This document shows, in pieces, positions 40,821-45,778 of a stretch of 45,778 bases of DNA (the first letter of the stretch is position 1; each line of letters begins with the position of its first letter). The position numbers and the translations under genes were made by a program. The stretch comes from Nitrospirota bacterium. Lineage in GTDB: Bacteria > Nitrospirota > JACRHJ01. The notes beneath the pieces were generated by a model. The model was not told where the DNA came from. It saw only the letters and a program-made list of their open reading frames with translations, and did not search any database. The stretch spans positions 1-45,778 of the forward strand of contig CAWJRJ010000028.1 in NCBI GenBank assembly GCA_963845245.1, read 5' to 3'.

Positions 40821-41015
40821 TTACCGTCCCATCTCCTTCTCTTTTAAGACAGTCTTTATCTTGGCTATGGTCTTGCGGACCTCGCGTATCCTCATCGGGT
40901 TCTCGATGTCGCCCATGGCCAGCTGGAACTTGAGGTTAAAGGCCTCCTTGTCAAGCTCGGCCAGCTTTACTCCCAGCTCATCGGTTGAGAGGTCCCTTAT
41001 GTCTGCTGCCTTCAT
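40821..41015 (-). CDS. rpmC: 50S ribosomal protein L29
   Basis: [19 protein letters not shown]; expected synteny. Confidence 0.97.
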   Translation of the reverse strand: MKAADIRDLSTDELGVKLAELDKEAFNLKFQLAMGDIENPMRIREVRKTIAKIKTVLKEKEMGR

Positions 41016-41431
41016 ATAACGCCTCCCTCCCTGCTGACGAACTTGGTTGCGATGGGGAGCTTGTGGGCTGCAAGGCGAAGCGCCTCACGGGCCACGTCCT
41101 CGGGCACGCCCGACATCTCGTAGATAATCCTGCCGGGCTTTACTACCGCCACCCAATACTCGGGTGCGCCTTTGCCTTTACCCATCCTGGTTTCTGCGGG
41201 CTTCTTGGTTATGGGCTTGTCCGGGAATACCCTTATCCATATTTTTCCGCCCCTTTTGACGTGGCGGGTCATCGCGATACGGGCGGCCTCTATCTGGCTG
41301 CTCGTTACCCAGCAGGGCTCCATCGCCTTCAGACCGAACTCGCCGAAGCTGACTTCGCTCCCGCGGTAGGCCTTGCCTGCCATGCTGCCCTTCTGCTTCT
41401 TCCTGAATTTAACCTTCTTTGGCGCTAACAT
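41012..41431 (-). CDS. rplP: 50S ribosomal protein L16
   Basis: [25 protein letters not shown]. Confidence 0.99.
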   Translation of the reverse strand: MLAPKKVKFRKKQKGSMAGKAYRGSEVSFGEFGLKAMEPCWVTSSQIEAARIAMTRHVKRGGKIWIRVFPDKPITKKPAETRMGKGKGAPEYWVAVVKPGRIIYEMSGVPEDVAREALRLAAHKLPIATKFVSREGGVI

Positions 41432-41492
41432 TTGAAAGCTCCCTTAATTTAATTAGACTTCCGCTGACCTACAAAAGCACGTCGCGTCGGTC

Positions 41493-42140
41493 TTATGCCG
41501 TGGCGGGGATGGATACGTCAAGGATATCGCCCTTGTATATCCAGACCTTTATGCCTATCTGTCCAAAAGTGGTCTTGGCCTCAGCAAATCCGTAGTCTAT
41601 ATCGGCCCTCAGCGTGTGCAGGGGGACCCTGCCCTCCCTGTACCATTCGGAGCGCGCTATCTCGGCCCCTGCAAGGCGGCCCGCACAGGCGATCTTTATG
41701 CCCTGGGCGCCAAACCGGAGGGCGGAGGTAACCGACTTCTTCATGGCACGGCGGAACGCGATCCTGCGCTCAAGCTGGAGTGCGATGTTTTCCGCGACAA
41801 GCTGCGCGTCCATTTCCGGCTTCCTGATCTCCATGATGTTTATGTAGATCTGCTTACCGGTCTGGTCCTCGAGTTCCTTCTTGAGCTTGTCCACCTCGGC
41901 GCCCTTTTTGCCGATTATGATGCCGGGCCTGGCTGTGTGGATATTTACCTTTATCCTGTTGCCCGCACGGTCGATGTCTATCTTCCCGACGCCTGCGTGG
42001 TAGAGCTTGGCCTTGACGACCTTGCGCAGCCTCAGGTCCTCGTGAAGAAAGGTGGCGTACTCCTTTTTCGCGTACCATTTGGAACTCCAGGTCTTTATTA
42101 CGCCTAACCTGTAGCCTATTGGATGGACTTTCTGACCCAA
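41493..42140 (-). CDS. rpsC: 30S ribosomal protein S3
   Basis: [38 protein letters not shown] start. Confidence 0.99.
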   Translation of the reverse strand: MGQKVHPIGYRLGVIKTWSSKWYAKKEYATFLHEDLRLRKVVKAKLYHAGVGKIDIDRAGNRIKVNIHTARPGIIIGKKGAEVDKLKKELEDQTGKQIYINIMEIRKPEMDAQLVAENIALQLERRIAFRRAMKKSVTSALRFGAQGIKIACAGRLAGAEIARSEWYREGRVPLHTLRADIDYGFAEAKTTFGQIGIKVWIYKGDILDVSIPATA

Positions 42141-42168
42141 ACGATCACCTCCGGATTATACTAAAACG

Positions 42169-42501
42169 TCAATCTTCTCCGAGTACCAGCGTGATGTGGC
42201 TGGACCTCTTCCTGATAATATTTGCCCTGCCCATTGCCCTGGGCATAACCCTCTTCAGCACCGGACCCTGGTCGACAAAGGCCTTTGTGATCTTGAGCCT
42301 GTCGACGTCCGCGATGTTCTTCTGCTCTGCGTTGGCTATTGCCGACTTGAGCAGCTTCTCGACCACCTTCGATGCATGCTGCGGCATGAACTTCAGGATG
42401 TTGAGGGCGTCTCCTGCCCTTTTTCCCCTGATTACGTCAACCACCAGCCTTGCTTTCCTCGGTGTGATCCTGATATCTCTAACTATTGCCTTGGATTCCA
42501 T
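42169..42501 (-). CDS. rplV: 50S ribosomal protein L22
   Basis: [30 protein letters not shown]. Confidence 0.99.
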   Translation of the reverse strand: MESKAIVRDIRITPRKARLVVDVIRGKRAGDALNILKFMPQHASKVVEKLLKSAIANAEQKNIADVDRLKITKAFVDQGPVLKRVMPRAMGRANIIRKRSSHITLVLGED

Positions 42502-42521
42502 GATAGCTCCCAGATGCTTTA

Positions 42522-42800
42522 CTATTTACCGGTTTTCTTCTCGGACCCGCCGTGGCTTTTGAATGTCCGGGTGGCCGAGAACTCGCCCAACTTATGGCCG
42601 ATCATGTTCTCCGATACGTATACCGGGATGAACTTCCTGCCGTTGTGGACCGCGATTGTATGGCCGATGAACTCCGGCACAATCATGCTGCTCCGATACC
42701 AGGTCTTGAGGATCTTCTTGTCCCCCGCCGCGTTCATCCCCTCAACACGTTTGAGGAGCTTTTCCGCAACATGCGGCCCTTTTTTAATAGATCTTGGCAC
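42522..42800 (-). CDS. rpsS: 30S ribosomal protein S19
   Basis: [25 protein letters not shown] start. Confidence 0.99.
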   Translation of the reverse strand: MPRSIKKGPHVAEKLLKRVEGMNAAGDKKILKTWYRSSMIVPEFIGHTIAVHNGRKFIPVYVSENMIGHKLGEFSATRTFKSHGGSEKKTGK

Positions 42801-42827
42801 GTTATCCTCCTGAAAAAAGCTAAAAAG

Positions 42828-43647
42828 CTATTTCCTTTTCTTTACTATGAACTTGTCGGTGGTCTTGTTCTTCCTGGTCTTTATGCCCTCCGGCCTGCCC
42901 CACGGGGAGCATGGCGGACGTCCGCCTGAGGAGCGGCCTTCGCCGCCGCCGAGCGGATGGTCGACCGGGTTCATCGCGACGCCCCTGACCTTCGGCCTCT
43001 TGCCCTTCCAGCGGTTCCTTCCGGCCTTGCCGATCGAAATTTTCTCGTGGTCGGTGTTGCTCACCTGACCAACGGTTGCCTTGCAGTCCATCAGCACCAG
43101 CCTGACCTCGCCTGACGGGAGGCGGAGCTGAGCGTAGCGGCCCTCTTTTGCCATGAGCTGTGCATATGAGCCGGCGCTTTTCACCATCTGTCCGCCGCCG
43201 CCGAGCCTGAGCTCGACATTATGCACCTGGGTGCCGAACGGTATGTTCCTGAGCGGGAGCGTGTTGCCCGGGCAGTATGTCCGCATCCGGACCTGACATC
43301 AGCTTGTCGCCGACCTTCAGGCCGACCGGGCAGAGTATGTATCTCTTCTCGCCGTCAGCATATGCCACGAGGGCTATCCTGGAGCTGCGGTTCGGATCGT
43401 ACTCTATGCTCTTTACGGTGGCCGGTATGCCTTCCTTGTCCCTCTTGAAATCTATTATCCTGTATGCCCTCTTCACACCGCCGCCGCGACGCCTTACGGT
43501 TATGCAACCGTTGTTGTTGCGGCCAGCGTGCGCTCCGTAAACCTTCGTAAGGCTTTTTTCCGGAGTACTCTTCGTGATATCCTCGAAGGTGTCAACAGTA
43601 GCCGACCTTCTGGACGGTGAAGTAGGTTTGTACGTTTTGATGCCCAT
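42828..43647 (-). CDS. rplB: 50S ribosomal protein L2 (frameshift ~43275)
   Basis: [42 protein letters not shown]. Confidence 0.98.
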
Positions 43648-43721
43648 TTTATAAAACCCCCTGAAACATAAAGGCTTGAACACTGCCGGGGACGCGCCCC
43701 TTGTTTGGCTTTACAGCCGGG

Positions 43722-44015
43722 TTACTTAACCCCTTCAAGGTACTCAACCGTCTCGCCCTTTTTCAGGGTGACCACGGCCTTCTTCCAGTCGGATCTTACG
43801 CCCTGCCTGATGCCCAGGCGCTTCTTCTTGCCCTTGAAGTTCATGGTGGCGACTTCCTCCACCTTTACCTTGAAGACGGCCTCGACCGCCCTCTTTATAT
43901 CCATCTTGTTGGCCTCCGGGGCAACCTGGAGCATGATCTTGTTCTGCTCCTCTTTGATGCGCGTGCCCTTTTCAGTGATTATCGGCCTTATGATAACGTC
44001 GTAAATGTTGTTCAC
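43722..44015 (-). CDS. rplW: 50S ribosomal protein L23
   Basis: PIITEK, IKRAVEAVFKVKV, WKKAVVTL; GTG start. Confidence 0.98.
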   Translation of the reverse strand: MNNIYDVIIRPIITEKGTRIKEEQNKIMLQVAPEANKMDIKRAVEAVFKVKVEEVATMNFKGKKKRLGIRQGVRSDWKKAVVTLKKGETVEYLEGVK

Positions 44016-44635
44016 TTCAGCACCTCCTGCAGTTTTTCCAGGGTATCCCTGTCGGACAGCAGGTTCCTGTACTTCATCAGGTCGTAGACGTTTATGTTCT
44101 CCAACCTGCAGACCTTGACGCCGGGGATGTTCCTGGCCGCAAGGTAGAGTGTCTTGTCCTCGCCCGTGGTCAGTATCATGGTCGTACCAGAGATGTTTAG
44201 CCCGGCAAGAAGCGCTGCCGCCTCTTTGGTCTTCGGGCCGCCCACGGCAAGCTTGTCCATGACTATTATCTCGCCATCACGGAGCTTTGCGGACAGCAGG
44301 GACTGGAGCGCCTTTTTAGAGGCCTTCTTCGGCATCGAATAAGAGTAGTCCCTGGGGTGCGGACCGAATATGGTTCCGCCGCCCTTCCAGAGCGGGGAGC
44401 GTATCGAACCCGCCCTTGCACGGCCTGTGCCCTTCTGCTTGTAGGGCTTTATGCCGCCGCCGCTGACAAAGTGCCTGGTCTTGGTGCCGGCCGTACCCTG
44501 CCTGGCGTTTGCGCGCTGCATTACCACGACGTCCTGGACGAGGTCCATGTTCGGCTTTATGCCGAAGACTTCGTCGGCAAGCTCAACCTGCCCCGCCTTT
44601 TTTCTTTTTGAATCTACTATTTCTACCGATGGCAT
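44012..44635 (-). CDS. rplD: 50S ribosomal protein L4
   Basis: RQGT, KPYKQKGTGRARAGSIRSP, GGGTIFGP, RNIPGV. Confidence 0.99.
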   Translation of the reverse strand: MPSVEIVDSKRKKAGQVELADEVFGIKPNMDLVQDVVVMQRANARQGTAGTKTRHFVSGGGIKPYKQKGTGRARAGSIRSPLWKGGGTIFGPHPRDYSYSMPKKASKKALQSLLSAKLRDGEIIVMDKLAVGGPKTKEAAALLAGLNISGTTMILTTGEDKTLYLAARNIPGVKVCRLENINVYDLMKYRNLLSDRDTLEKLQEVLK

Positions 44636-44687
44636 CTGGTTCTCCTCGGCAGCCTGCCCGACCGTTTGAATTGTCCGGGCAGCCGCT

Positions 44688-45305
44688 TTATGCCTTATTT
44701 ATTATGAGTAGTCCGCCCGGACTGCCGGGCACGGCGCCTTTTACCAAAAGAATATTGTCCTGAGCCCTTACGTCGATGACTTCGAGCCCTTTAGTGGTAA
44801 CCCTGACGTTGCCCATCTGGCCCGGAAGCCTCTTGTTCTTCCAGACATGTGACGGCCATGCAGAGGAACCGATACCGCCCGGCTCCCTGTGGTGCATCGA
44901 ACCGTGGGTCGCCTTGCCGCCGCTGAAGTTGTGGCGCTTCATGACGCCCTGGAAGCCCTTGCCCTTTGAGGTGCCGGTAACAGCGACCATGTCGCCCTTG
45001 GCGAACATCTCAACAGTCACCTTCTGGCCGGGCTCCATGTCGTCGGAACCGCCGCGGAACTCCCTTATATGCCTGTACGGTGCCGTACCGGCCTTCTTGA
45101 AGTGACCCTTCTCCGGCTTGTTCGTCTTGTTCTCCCTGAGCTCGTCAAAGCCCACCTGAACAGCGTCGTATCCGTCGGTGGCCGAGGTTTTTTTCTGGAT
45201 GACCCCGCAAGGGCCAGCCTCGATTACCGTAACCGGAATAAGCCTGCCGTCTTCCATGAAGATCTGGGTCATCCCTAGTTTTTTGCCTATTATCCCTGTT
45301 ATCAT
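44688..45305 (-). CDS. rplC: 50S ribosomal protein L3
   Basis: GKKLGMTQIF, PVTVI, SKGKGFQGVMKRH, VKGAVPG. Confidence 0.99.
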   Translation of the reverse strand: MITGIIGKKLGMTQIFMEDGRLIPVTVIEAGPCGVIQKKTSATDGYDAVQVGFDELRENKTNKPEKGHFKKAGTAPYRHIREFRGGSDDMEPGQKVTVEMFAKGDMVAVTGTSKGKGFQGVMKRHNFSGGKATHGSMHHREPGGIGSSAWPSHVWKNKRLPGQMGNVRVTTKGLEVIDVRAQDNILLVKGAVPGSPGGLLIINKA

Positions 45306-45390
45306 ACCAAAGACCCTCTTTTACTTTTTATGTGGCGCAACATGGCGCAAAAGGTCGCGCCCGAAGCGGAAAAACCGCATAACATCCAGG

Positions 45391-45696
45391 CTACAGCTTG
45401 ATCTCCACGTCAACGCCTGCGGACAGGTCAAGCTTCATCAGCGCGTCGACGGTCTGGGGCGTGGGCTCCAGGATGTCTATAAGGCGCTTGTGGGTTCTTA
45501 TCTCAAACTGCTCCCTGGACTTCTTGTCCACGTGCGGGGACCTGAGTACCGTGTACCTGTTTATCTTGGTCGGCAGGGGCACCGGACCTGACACCCTGGC
45601 CCCGGTCCTCCTTGCGGTGTCCACGATCTCCGACACCGACTGGTCAAGCAGCCTGTGGTCGTATGCGTTCAGCCTTATCCTTATTTTCTGTGCCAC
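45391..45696 (-). CDS. rpsJ: 30S ribosomal protein S10
   Basis: [39 protein letters not shown] start. Confidence 0.99.
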   Translation of the reverse strand: MAQKIRIRLNAYDHRLLDQSVSEIVDTARRTGARVSGPVPLPTKINRYTVLRSPHVDKKSREQFEIRTHKRLIDILEPTPQTVDALMKLDLSAGVDVEIKL

Positions 45697-45778
45697 GTCA
45701 ACCCCTCTTCAATATATTAAGACCGTACATTTCTTCCGGATGAAACAAATGTACCAAAAGAAAGCCGCTGCAAAACTA

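Noticed and set aside
17620..43290. Programmed ribosomal frameshifting in hydrogenase, rpoA, secY and rplB
   Set aside because: No shared slippery motif or stimulatory structure was seen, and scattered indels in unrelated genes fit sequencing error better.

Overview
Bacterial chromosomal window from a probable anaerobe or microaerophile. A Nitrospirota or deltaproteobacteria-like origin is inferred from gene content only. Left to right: 3' part of hcp; a secreted hypothetical; a stand-alone CI/LexA-like HTH-S24 repressor; a redox trio (trxA, plus a 54-aa 2[4Fe-4S] ferredoxin and a CGYC glutaredoxin-like gene, both absent from the ORF track); groEL-groES with a perfect CIRCE; ctpA, envC, an APS-kinase-like gene and a 37-aa basic ORF; an anaerobic corrin-ring cluster (yacG-cbiD-cbiET-cbiL-cbiF-[AT-rich insert]-cbiG-cbiH); a small Zn-ribbon gene behind a sigma54 promoter; a membrane-bound group 1 [NiFe] hydrogenase (S, L, cyt b, protease, hypA, hypB, hypF); hisS, a metallophosphoesterase, an HD protein and a GH15 glucoamylase; a candidate His-rich RxPP leader ORF; and the S10-spc-alpha ribosomal cluster (rpsJ to rplQ). 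Single-base indels interrupt many genes, including essential rpoA, secY and rplB, so most frameshifts are probably sequencing or assembly errors. Best leads: the AT-rich insert containing a duplicated cbiG 5' end, a ~125-nt hairpin between cbiL and cbiF that repeats the cbiF RBS segment, atypical Fe-S ligand motifs in the hydrogenase small subunit, the DUF2946-like leader, and the sigma54/IHF-controlled Zn-ribbon gene. No CRISPR array, rRNA, tRNA, integrase or transposase was recognised.
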